Below, piece after piece: positions 57,051 to 64,000 of a stretch of 64,000 nt of DNA. Under the pieces are notes generated by a model, which did not search any database, was not told the DNA's origin, and was given only the letters and a program-made list of their open reading frames with translations. Positions within the stretch are counted from its first letter, which is position 1; the number at the start of each line of letters is the position of its first letter. The translations under genes and the position numbers were made by a program. Where the stretch lies: the NCBI GenBank assembly GCA_020632395.1, contig JACKFQ010000002.1, positions 172,971-236,970 of the forward strand. The letters run 5' to 3'. Source of the stretch: Candidatus Nomurabacteria bacterium. GTDB lineage: Bacteria > Patescibacteriota > Dojkabacteria > SC72 > JAHDCA01.

Positions 57051-57860
57051 TCATTTAACAGATGGGGTTGGCTTTGAAATATCAAAGTCTCGTAATTTCT
57101 CTTGTCGAAAATGAGAAGGGTAGAATTCTATCTTTCCAGATAAATACCCCTTGAATAACCTCTTAAACTCTGGTTTATGACCAAAAATCAGCATATAAAG
57201 TAGTTGTGCTAGAAATGCAATTATTTCAAAGGGAAAAAGTAGGACTGACATCTTTTTCAAGGGCGAGTTAGATATTTGAGTAGGCAGAGTATTCACACCA
57301 AATTTCGAGACTAATTCCGAATTCGATCTGATCAGAGCGTTTTTAGGTAATACACCATACACCTTCTCAAGATAAACAAGTTCATTGAACGTAAAGATGT
57401 CATGCTCAGACATTTGCATACCTCGTTCTTCAACGATCATATTTATACAATATTTATCTTTCTGATCGATATCTCCGTACCACACTGCCTTATTACCCAA
57501 AAGCAGTTTCACCACACCCCTTACTATCCATGCGGTGTGATCTGTACAGACTAGGAAAACATCGATATCATCGTTTTCTTTTGCAATTCCTGCTGCAACA
57601 GAACCCGATATCCCAACAAATCTAATAAAAGGAACATTAGCAATGGTTAGAAGCTCTTTCTTGGCTTTTTTTAATTTTCGTTCACTCGCCATTGAACCCT
57701 TCCATTTTACAGGAATATCATGATCTTGGATGACCTTACGGACATTCGGAGATCCTCCCCACATCTCAAAAATGTGTTGTGCATCAAGCTGTCCATGCAT
57801 CGAATGACGGAACTCCTTCAAATCACCGATTCCTTTGTTAACATCCCTTAATCTTGACAC
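57051..57860 (-). CDS. Nucleotidyltransferase-fold protein (pol-beta-like GS...DxD motif); function unknown
   Basis: FIRFVGISGSVAAGIAKENDDIDVFLVCTD carries the minimal nucleotidyltransferase signature. No HEPN-like partner is visible. Confidence 0.4.
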   Translation of the reverse strand: MSRLRDVNKGIGDLKEFRHSMHGQLDAQHIFEMWGGSPNVRKVIQDHDIPVKWKGSMASERKLKKAKKELLTIANVPFIRFVGISGSVAAGIAKENDDIDVFLVCTDHTAWIVRGVVKLLLGNKAVWYGDIDQKDKYCINMIVEERGMQMSEHDIFTFNELVYLEKVYGVLPKNALIRSNSELVSKFGVNTLPTQISNSPLKKMSVLLFPFEIIAFLAQLLYMLIFGHKPEFKRLFKGYLSGKIEFYPSHFRQEKLRDFDISKPTPSVK

Positions 57861-57927
57861 AGATATCTGTTAAACTATTCAGGTATTACAATGCATTTTA
57901 TCACTAATTCAATAATGTGCTTATGAG

Positions 57928-59472
57928 ATGAGGCAACACCCGATCCCGCAAAACATATTAGACATTGAGTTCAAGCTGTTTACCAAGTTCACTATACGTG
58001 AATTTGCGTATATGGCTATCGGTATTGGGTTTGGCGGTATCTTCCTATATCTCTTTTCAAAAGGAGAGATCCCCGCTGTCATTGCACTACCAGTTTTCCT
58101 CATATCATCTGGGATAGGATTATTCTTGGGATTAGTCCCTATTAACGATCAAAATGCAGATGTGTTCCTGAGGAACTATTTCCTTGCAATCTCAAGACCA
58201 ACCCAAAGAGTATGGAAAGGAGAGCTATTTGACGAAAAGGTACAAGTGATTGCCCAACAGAAAGGTGTTTCGCTTGGAACCACAGGGACTATGGATAGAG
58301 ATGCAAATCTGAAATCTAACTCTAAGGTTATAGGTGGTACTGCAAAGAATCTCCCCACTACACAATTTATCGAAGAAGAAACTTTGTCAGAGATCGAGGA
58401 GGACGAAGCCGAACAGCTCGAACTTATCGATCAGATCGCAAAACAACAATTTGTTATGAATGCAGGTGACGATCTTTCAACAAGCCCTACCAAATCAACG
58501 GATACCAGGGAGATGACTAGCTCTACCCAAGCAGTAAACCCAAGTGAAGAAAAAGGCTCTAGCGGAGCAGTATTATCTGACGACGCAGTGCCATCTAGCG
58601 GAACCCTACCATCTGACGACACAGTGCCATCTGCAGAAGCGACAAATACCGTTGAGGCAACGAATCCTAGCGATACAACGAATCTCACCGTGGTAACAGA
58701 TCGTCCCCAAACAACAAGTTCTTCTGAAACAACGAATTTTAAAACGGTCGAAGAATCAGCCAATCCAACGGATGCGATAGAGCCTCAGGTCGCAAAATTT
58801 ACAGATGAGTTAGCTCCCAGAACAGAACTCGAGTTTACTTCTCCTGACCAGGAGACACCCGCTACGAACAATTTAGATGATGGCGGATTCTCTACTCAGA
58901 ACAACTCTCATCGATCTGACAAACCTCTCGTATCAGTAAACAATCCTTCCCTATCACCAGAAGCCATACCCGCATCATTAGACAACCCTTCCCTGTCACC
59001 AGGCGCCCCTTACAGATCCGAATATAATCCTCCTACATCAGTAGACAACCCTCTTGATCAGATCAAACCTGTACCAACAGTTCAAAATATACGATCCGAG
59101 CATGTAGATAAAGTTCCGGCAACCGGAGGATCCATTCAAGAGAACGATCTGATCACAATAACAAGCGAAACCGCAAAACCGGTTGCTACACAGGTGGAAG
59201 ATTACCCAGAGGACCCGGGTAATATTGCTATGTACCTGACAAATACGAACGGAGACCCGATCCCTCAAGCTATGACCCTGATAAAAGATAGTGCTGGTTC
59301 GATACTGCAAGTTATCCAATCCGACCCTCAAGGTTTGGTCTTACCTAACAAAAAGTTTGTAAAAGGGAAATACCTTGCTGAAATAAAACATGACAATGCA
59401 CACTTCCCTCGTGTAAACTTCATATTGGATGGAAACAAGTTACCAGTTGTAAATATAACCTCTATAAACTGA
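57928..59472 (+). CDS. PrgI/VirB3-like 2-TM membrane protein with a long Ser/Thr/Pro-rich extracytoplasmic extension
   Basis: N-terminal NILDIEFKLFTKFTIREFAYMAIGIGFGGIFLYLF....VIALPVFLISSGIGLFLGLVP has two TM helices spaced as in the PrgI family. The remaining 400 aa are low-complexity S/T/P/N-rich. It lies immediately upstream of the VirB4 pieces. Confidence 0.4.
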   Translation: MRQHPIPQNILDIEFKLFTKFTIREFAYMAIGIGFGGIFLYLFSKGEIPAVIALPVFLISSGIGLFLGLVPINDQNADVFLRNYFLAISRPTQRVWKGELFDEKVQVIAQQKGVSLGTTGTMDRDANLKSNSKVIGGTAKNLPTTQFIEEETLSEIEEDEAEQLELIDQIAKQQFVMNAGDDLSTSPTKSTDTREMTSSTQAVNPSEEKGSSGAVLSDDAVPSSGTLPSDDTVPSAEATNTVEATNPSDTTNLTVVTDRPQTTSSSETTNFKTVEESANPTDAIEPQVAKFTDELAPRTELEFTSPDQETPATNNLDDGGFSTQNNSHRSDKPLVSVNNPSLSPEAIPASLDNPSLSPGAPYRSEYNPPTSVDNPLDQIKPVPTVQNIRSEHVDKVPATGGSIQENDLITITSETAKPVATQVEDYPEDPGNIAMYLTNTNGDPIPQAMTLIKDSAGSILQVIQSDPQGLVLPNKKFVKGKYLAEIKHDNAHFPRVNFILDGNKLPVVNITSIN

Positions 59473-59476
59473 AGCC

Positions 59477-60106
59477 TTGAAAGCACAAACTAGAGCCAGG
59501 ATCACAACACCAACACAGGATCATCTTGATGTCCTAGATATCAAAGATGATCTTATCATAAGCAAAAATGGTACTGTCTCGATAGTCATCAAAACCAATG
59601 CCGTGAACTTTGATCTTCTTTCTGAACAGGAACAGGATAACAAGATATATGCTTTTGCAGGTATGTTGAATTCATTGAACTTCCATTTACAAATTCTGGT
59701 CATGACCGAAAGGATCGATATCGGTAATTACATAGAGTACTTACAAGCCCAGGCTCAGAGACAGATGTCTGACGGACTCAGACATCAGCTGTCGATCTAC
59801 ACTCAATTCATACAGAATCTTATCGTCACAAACGATGTATTAGATAAGAATTTCTATATCGTGGTACCTTATAACTCCGGAGGGGCAGCGGTGATTGGGG
59901 CTAAGATACGAAAGAACAACAACACACAACAATTACTCTCAGAAGAACAGAAACTTCGAATAATCGAACAGGGTAGGATCTTCCTACTTCCGAAGCGTGA
60001 CCATATCCTAAAACAACTAGGTCGGATGGGATTGATAGGGCATCAACTCACCACTACAGAACTGATCGAGCTTTTTTATAGTATTTATAATCCAGAGGAA
60101 GATTAA
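59477..60106 (+). CDS. VirB4/TraC-family N-terminal domain encoded as a separate ORF
   Basis: LDVLDIKDDLIISKNGTVSIVIKTNAVNFDLLSEQEQDNKIYAFAGMLNSLNFHLQILVMTERID matches the VirB4 N-domain pattern (I.....l.t.dG.l.....v.g..f.l.seee......f...L..L.....qi....r). The stop overlaps the next start (TAATG at 60104-60108). Confidence 0.55.
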   Translation: MKAQTRARITTPTQDHLDVLDIKDDLIISKNGTVSIVIKTNAVNFDLLSEQEQDNKIYAFAGMLNSLNFHLQILVMTERIDIGNYIEYLQAQAQRQMSDGLRHQLSIYTQFIQNLIVTNDVLDKNFYIVVPYNSGGAAVIGAKIRKNNNTQQLLSEEQKLRIIEQGRIFLLPKRDHILKQLGRMGLIGHQLTTTELIELFYSIYNPEED

Positions 60107-62526
60107 TGCCAGATCCATTTCAAAAAGATAATAATAGATTTAACAAACAGCCTTTGAGCAAGGCTCAAGAGATGTTGCAAAAGCGTGCTGACAAACTGAA
60201 ACCTGCAGAGGCTTTAGACCGTGTAAGGCTTGATGCAAAGGAGGAAAAGGATCGACGGGAGGCTCTCAAGGAGAAAGAGAGATTAGAAGACACTAGGATA
60301 AATAAAAGACGCTTCGGGATCCTCCAAGATCTGGTCAATATAGTCACTTTCAGGAAGAAGGATCCTGATGCACCACCAAAACCAAAAGCCACTTCAACTG
60401 ATATCGAAGGTCTAACACTCCAAGACATCATTGCTCCGATAGACATGGAGATAGATTTCAACACTTTGGAAGTAGGAGAATGGTTCTTTAGGACATTCTT
60501 TATCAGTGGTTATCCTAGGTTTGTTGGTCCTAACTGGTTGTCCCCTATTGTTAATTTCGAAAATTCTTTGAGGATAAGCACCTTTTACTACCCGGTGGAC
60601 TCCAAGGTTATCCTTCAGAAACTAAAGAAGAAGATCGGTGAGATGGAAGCGACTTTGTATTCACAAATGGAAGGTCGTAAGGTAGTTGACGCATCAATGA
60701 AAGTTGCACTCACTGATGCTCAACAATTACAAGATTCTATTGCTGAAGGGACTGAGAAATTCTTCCATTTCGGAATGTATGTCACAATTCAAAGCAAGGA
60801 TAAAGAGCAACTGGAAAAGATCTCCAAAAATGTCGTATCTACACTGGCATCAATAAATGTCACAGCAAAACCTGCACTTCTCCAGCAAGAGCAAGGTTTT
60901 ATTAGTACACAACCACTCGGTCTCGACAAACTGTTCATCACCAGAAACATGGATACGACATCACTTGCTACTACATTCCCATTTGTCACAAGTGAGCTGA
61001 CCATGGATCATGGGATCATGTACGGCATCAACCAACACAATCGCAGTTTGGTGGTATTCGACAGATTTGATATGGAAAATGCGAATACAGTAGTGTTTGC
61101 AAAATCTGGTGCAGGAAAAAGTTATTTTGTGAAATTAGAAGCAGTACGTAGCATGATGCTTGGTACAGAACTGATCATTATCGATCCTGAGAGAGAATAT
61201 GAAAGGCTCGCAGCTTCTGTGAACGGTTCATATATTTCATTCTCACAAGATAAAGGCGACAAGATGAATCCTTTCGAACTTTCAGGGCTTGGGGAGGATG
61301 AGGATGAGTTAAGAATGAAGATGCTTTCATTACAAGGTTTCTTCAAGCTGATGCTCGGAGAACTTAATAGTATAGAACTGGCTATCTTGGATCGTGCACT
61401 GATCCTTACATACCGAGAGAAAGGGATCACGCTAGACCCATCTACCCAGAAAAATGCTAACTACCCTCTTCTTGAAGATCTGTATAAGGTCCTAAAGGGT
61501 ATGGCGGAATCAGAAGCTCGCAGTATGTCGAGTCGGCTAGAAAGATATATCATCGGTAGTGCTGCGGGTGTTTTCAATGAAAAAAGCACCATAGAGATAA
61601 ATAATCCATTCACAGTCTTTAGTATCCGAGATATGCCTGAAGAATTGCGACCTATGTCAATGTATCTCATGTTGGATTATATATGGACTAAGATCAGAAA
61701 AGATCAGAAAAGAAGACTCCTTGTCGTTGATGAGGCTTGGTACATGATGCAAAATGAGGATTCAGCGAAATTCATGTACAGTATCGCAAAAAGAGCTAGG
61801 AAGTATTACCTTGGCTTAACAACGATAACTCAAGATGTTGACGACTTCCTCCAGAACGATATGGGGAGGGCTATCATAACCAACTCAGCGATCCAATTCC
61901 TGATGAAACAAAGTCCAACTGCTGTGGAACGATTACAGAAAGTGTTCAATTTATCAGAGGGAGAGCGACAATACTTGCTTACGGCCGACAAAGGACAGGG
62001 GCTTTTCTTTGCAGGACAGAACCATGTCGCTATTATGGTGGTTTCCAGCCAGGCTGAGCATGAATTGATCACAACTGATCCAAAGGATCTCGAACGAATG
62101 AAAAAAGAAGGAGCCTTAGACAAATCGTTAGAGGAGTTAGCTCAGATGTATGAACCTCCGGCAATGCAACAACCGATCAAGGACAGTGTAGATAGAGAGC
62201 AAAGTCAAAATATACAGAAAGCGGTTCAAACAAGAAAGCAAACTGTCGAGCAGATGATCGAGGAGAAATTGAGACTCGGAACTAGATCAGGTGAAAGCGA
62301 TGGGGAACTCGACACCACACTTACCGAAAGCCAGAGACAACAGCTGTACACATCACTCACCGATCAGGTTGTAGCAGCTCGAAAAGAGATGAATAGAGGG
62401 CGTACTCACCTTACACCTCAAGGGATCGTAGGCGACCTAAATGACATTTCAGATACAACAGGTGATAATGATAAACAGAGTGATTCAACTAATCCTACTG
62501 GCAAAGACAAAGAAAGAGTAAATTGA
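60106..62526 (+). CDS. VirB4/TrbE/CagE-family T4SS ATPase (main body)
   Basis: Walker A VVFAKSGAGKSYFV. Walker B with the family-specific DEAW motif (LLVVDEAWYMM). ARKYYLGLTTITQDVDDF (RK.G..l.l.TQ...D). EWFFRTFFISGYP in the N-proximal region. 806 aa. Confidence 0.8.
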   Translation: MPDPFQKDNNRFNKQPLSKAQEMLQKRADKLKPAEALDRVRLDAKEEKDRREALKEKERLEDTRINKRRFGILQDLVNIVTFRKKDPDAPPKPKATSTDIEGLTLQDIIAPIDMEIDFNTLEVGEWFFRTFFISGYPRFVGPNWLSPIVNFENSLRISTFYYPVDSKVILQKLKKKIGEMEATLYSQMEGRKVVDASMKVALTDAQQLQDSIAEGTEKFFHFGMYVTIQSKDKEQLEKISKNVVSTLASINVTAKPALLQQEQGFISTQPLGLDKLFITRNMDTTSLATTFPFVTSELTMDHGIMYGINQHNRSLVVFDRFDMENANTVVFAKSGAGKSYFVKLEAVRSMMLGTELIIIDPEREYERLAASVNGSYISFSQDKGDKMNPFELSGLGEDEDELRMKMLSLQGFFKLMLGELNSIELAILDRALILTYREKGITLDPSTQKNANYPLLEDLYKVLKGMAESEARSMSSRLERYIIGSAAGVFNEKSTIEINNPFTVFSIRDMPEELRPMSMYLMLDYIWTKIRKDQKRRLLVVDEAWYMMQNEDSAKFMYSIAKRARKYYLGLTTITQDVDDFLQNDMGRAIITNSAIQFLMKQSPTAVERLQKVFNLSEGERQYLLTADKGQGLFFAGQNHVAIMVVSSQAEHELITTDPKDLERMKKEGALDKSLEELAQMYEPPAMQQPIKDSVDREQSQNIQKAVQTRKQTVEQMIEEKLRLGTRSGESDGELDTTLTESQRQQLYTSLTDQVVAARKEMNRGRTHLTPQGIVGDLNDISDTTGDNDKQSDSTNPTGKDKERVN

Positions 62527-62541
62527 TCGAGATTTTTACAA

Positions 62542-62778
62542 ATGGGTCTATTCGACTTTTTCCTAAAAAAGAATAATGACGACACTGCAGATATACCAGT
62601 AAGCCAGGCTGTAGATCCTCGATCTTTGTCCTCTACAAAACAGGATAAAGATCTAAAGGCACTTATGTCATTTGAAGAGAAGATCAACAACTCGACTCAA
62701 ACACTCACAGAAGAAGATGGTACTACGAAACAGAAAGATCTAGGGTTGTCACTTCAGAACCCATTTCGAGGGATATAG
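62542..62778 (+). CDS. Small hypothetical protein (78 aa), hydrophilic
   Basis: Complete ORF 16 bp after virB4. No recognisable motif. Kept only because of its tight spacing in an operon-like context. Confidence 0.3.
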   Translation: MGLFDFFLKKNNDDTADIPVSQAVDPRSLSSTKQDKDLKALMSFEEKINNSTQTLTEEDGTTKQKDLGLSLQNPFRGI

Positions 62779-62923
62779 GTGACCTCATCATGTAAAACTC
62801 ACATCAATTTCTGAAATAGTAAGGTGTTCGAACCGATAGAGATCCAGAATGGATAACGAGATGGATGTTCTCAATAATTTTCTGACGATATCAAAAATTC
62901 CCAAAAACCATTTATATATATTT

Positions 62924-63730
62924 CTATTCAGGGTCTTCTAAACCAGCATTTGGGTCTACGACATGTTCTGCATTATCTTCATATTCACCATAAAAAGCCT
63001 TGGGATCAGGCAATCCGTCAATACACACCTCCCTCTCTAAATACTCAGTAGGATCTACCAGATCCCAATGAATATTTTTCAGTAAGCTAAAGTGAAGATG
63101 CACACCTCCCCTGACTTCTCCGGTTTGTCCCATCTTCGCGATAATTTGTCCACGACCAACCTCATCCCCTTCCTCAACATATATCTCATGAAGATGCCCA
63201 TAAACAGATATCAAACCATTCTCATGTTCTATCATAACTGTACGTGCCAAACCAGATCCTCCAGAATACACACCTGCAGGCGGACAAATTCCATAACAAC
63301 CTGCCAGTATAACCTTTCCTTTCTCTCCTGCCAGTATATTTGGATATGTGTGATCTGCTATATCGACGCCATTATGTACTTCATCAAAACATTGGGTTAC
63401 AGTACCAACCCCTCCCTCAACAGGCCAAGCCAAAGAGAACCCTTGATCAAGCTCTGCGATACTAGGATCAAGAGGTTTACCCTTGAGGATCTTATACCTT
63501 CCTATGTCATCGGCAATCTCTTCTATCTCCAAATCTGTTGTTTCTATAGATCCTTCCGGGTCTATCGATGTATCCGATACATTGATCGTACGATCAGATA
63601 CTGTATCTCCTAAGACAGAAGGGGTTGTTATTCCCACTGTTCCAAAGATGAAGTCGGCAGAGCTGATCATCACGATAGATAGCATGATATAAACAATCAC
63701 CCCAGAGATAACATAATCAAAGCGACTCAT
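62924..63730 (-). CDS. M23 (LytM-type) peptidoglycan metallo-endopeptidase, membrane-anchored
   Basis: TM VISGVIVYIMLSIVMIS. M23 motifs HNGVDIAD (HxGxD), VYGHLHEI, and GQTGEVRGGVHLHFSL (G.TG...G.HLHF). Confidence 0.8.
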   Translation of the reverse strand: MSRFDYVISGVIVYIMLSIVMISSADFIFGTVGITTPSVLGDTVSDRTINVSDTSIDPEGSIETTDLEIEEIADDIGRYKILKGKPLDPSIAELDQGFSLAWPVEGGVGTVTQCFDEVHNGVDIADHTYPNILAGEKGKVILAGCYGICPPAGVYSGGSGLARTVMIEHENGLISVYGHLHEIYVEEGDEVGRGQIIAKMGQTGEVRGGVHLHFSLLKNIHWDLVDPTEYLEREVCIDGLPDPKAFYGEYEDNAEHVVDPNAGLEDPE

Positions 63731-63744
63731 ATTTCTAACAAAGC

Positions 63745-64000
63745 TTAGCTTAAGGGTCCTTGATCTGGGAGTACGAAATCTCGGATATTCTCTGGAGTGA
63801 TCCTGATCGGAGGTTGTACTCCTTCTATGATCTTTCGCGCTACGGCTCTTACCATTGTTGCGAGATTTCGCTCAAGCTGTCTCAACCCAGCATCAAAGCC
63901 TACCGGGCGAACAAGTATAGGCCACACCTCCTCCTCTATGATCAAAGTATCTGGTGAAAGACCACTATTCTTCAAAACCTTCGGCATAGAGTAATTCTTT
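63745..64000 (-). CDS. C-terminal end of an AAA+ protein with a Lon-type alpha-helical lid (gene continues past window end)
   Basis: FDAGLRQLERNLATMVRAVARKIIEGVQPPIRITPENIRDFVLPDQGP is colinear with the Lon segment EAGVR.LEREI..ICRKVA......ITP.NL..YLG. The ORF stops 5 residues later, so no Lon protease domain follows. The reading frame stays open to position 64000. Confidence 0.4.
   Translation of the reverse strand, partial: KNYSMPKVLKNSGLSPDTLIIEEEVWPILVRPVGFDAGLRQLERNLATMVRAVARKIIEGVQPPIRITPENIRDFVLPDQGPLS

Noticed and set aside
62779-62923. tRNA-like GGTGTTCGAACC motif in the 62779-62923 spacer
   Set aside because: Only a T-loop-like hexamer. No complementary T-stem, D-arm, anticodon arm or acceptor stem could be built around it.
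1-64000. CRISPR array, rRNA or tRNA genes
   Set aside because: No regularly spaced direct repeats of 24-48 bp. No rRNA-like conserved blocks. No intergenic segment folds into a cloverleaf. The only repeats found are short microsatellite-type arrays.
1-64000. Alternative genetic code (UGA=Gly, code 25) as in some CPR lineages
   Set aside because: Very long ORFs (up to 4.3 kb) are uninterrupted under code 11. Conserved proteins (PNPase, IF-2, NusA, AlaRS) translate full-length with standard stops.

Overview
This is a 64-kb window of low-GC bacterial DNA read in the standard genetic code. ORFs up to 1436 aa run without in-frame TGA, so code 25 is unlikely. Housekeeping genes are interleaved with a large surface and accessory gene set. 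Several traits are most consistent with a reduced-genome monoderm bacterium such as a CPR/Patescibacteria epibiont, but this is an inference and cannot be proven from the sequence alone. Those traits are a 532-aa IF-2, an AlaRS that lacks the C-Ala domain, weak or absent Shine-Dalgarno sequences, a sortase, a Gram-positive-style type IV secretion (T4SS) gene order, and many giant membrane-anchored surface proteins.

Content in order along the window:
- **1-7932.** A minus-strand array of paralogous giant surface proteins: one truncated at the window edge, one of 865 aa and one of 1228 aa. A collapsed, stop-containing inverted copy of the same gene lies between the two complete ones.
- **8046-9778.** Two rRNA methyltransferases, rsmE and an RsmB/F-type m5C enzyme, followed by a polytopic membrane protein (9931-11901).
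- **12010-19256.** The conserved nusA-ylxR-infB-X-rpsO-pnp cluster. X is a DHH-like protein with degenerate catalytic motifs; rbfA and truB are absent.
- **19360-27649.** Two tandem giant secreted proteins (1323 and 1436 aa) carrying a GH5-like (clan GH-A) catalytic signature. They share a C-terminal module of about 250 aa with the 1-7932 family.
- **27666-34602.** dnaJ, a sortase, a carbohydrate-type ABC substrate-binding protein, and an 1135-aa membrane protein rich in Ser/Thr/Pro.
- **34605-40734.** alaS preceded by a well-formed T-box leader, then ruvX (yqgF), mltG, an LCP family gene and holA.
- **40928-63730.** A T4SS-like locus. It holds a VirD4-type coupling ATPase, an array of six tandem VirB2-like pilin genes plus two larger pilus-associated proteins, a PrgI/VirB3-like protein, a VirB4 split into two ORFs, and an M23 peptidase. 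Interspersed are smpB, a SpoIID-domain protein and a UvrD-helicase/Cas4-type nuclease fusion.

No tRNA, rRNA or CRISPR array was recognised.

Signals the gene calls do not explain:
- The C-terminal module shared by two otherwise unrelated giant-protein families.
- Perfect in-frame 12-bp tandem repeat arrays.
- An 8-bp x 9 intergenic repeat.
- The collapsed inverted paralog.
- The split virB4.
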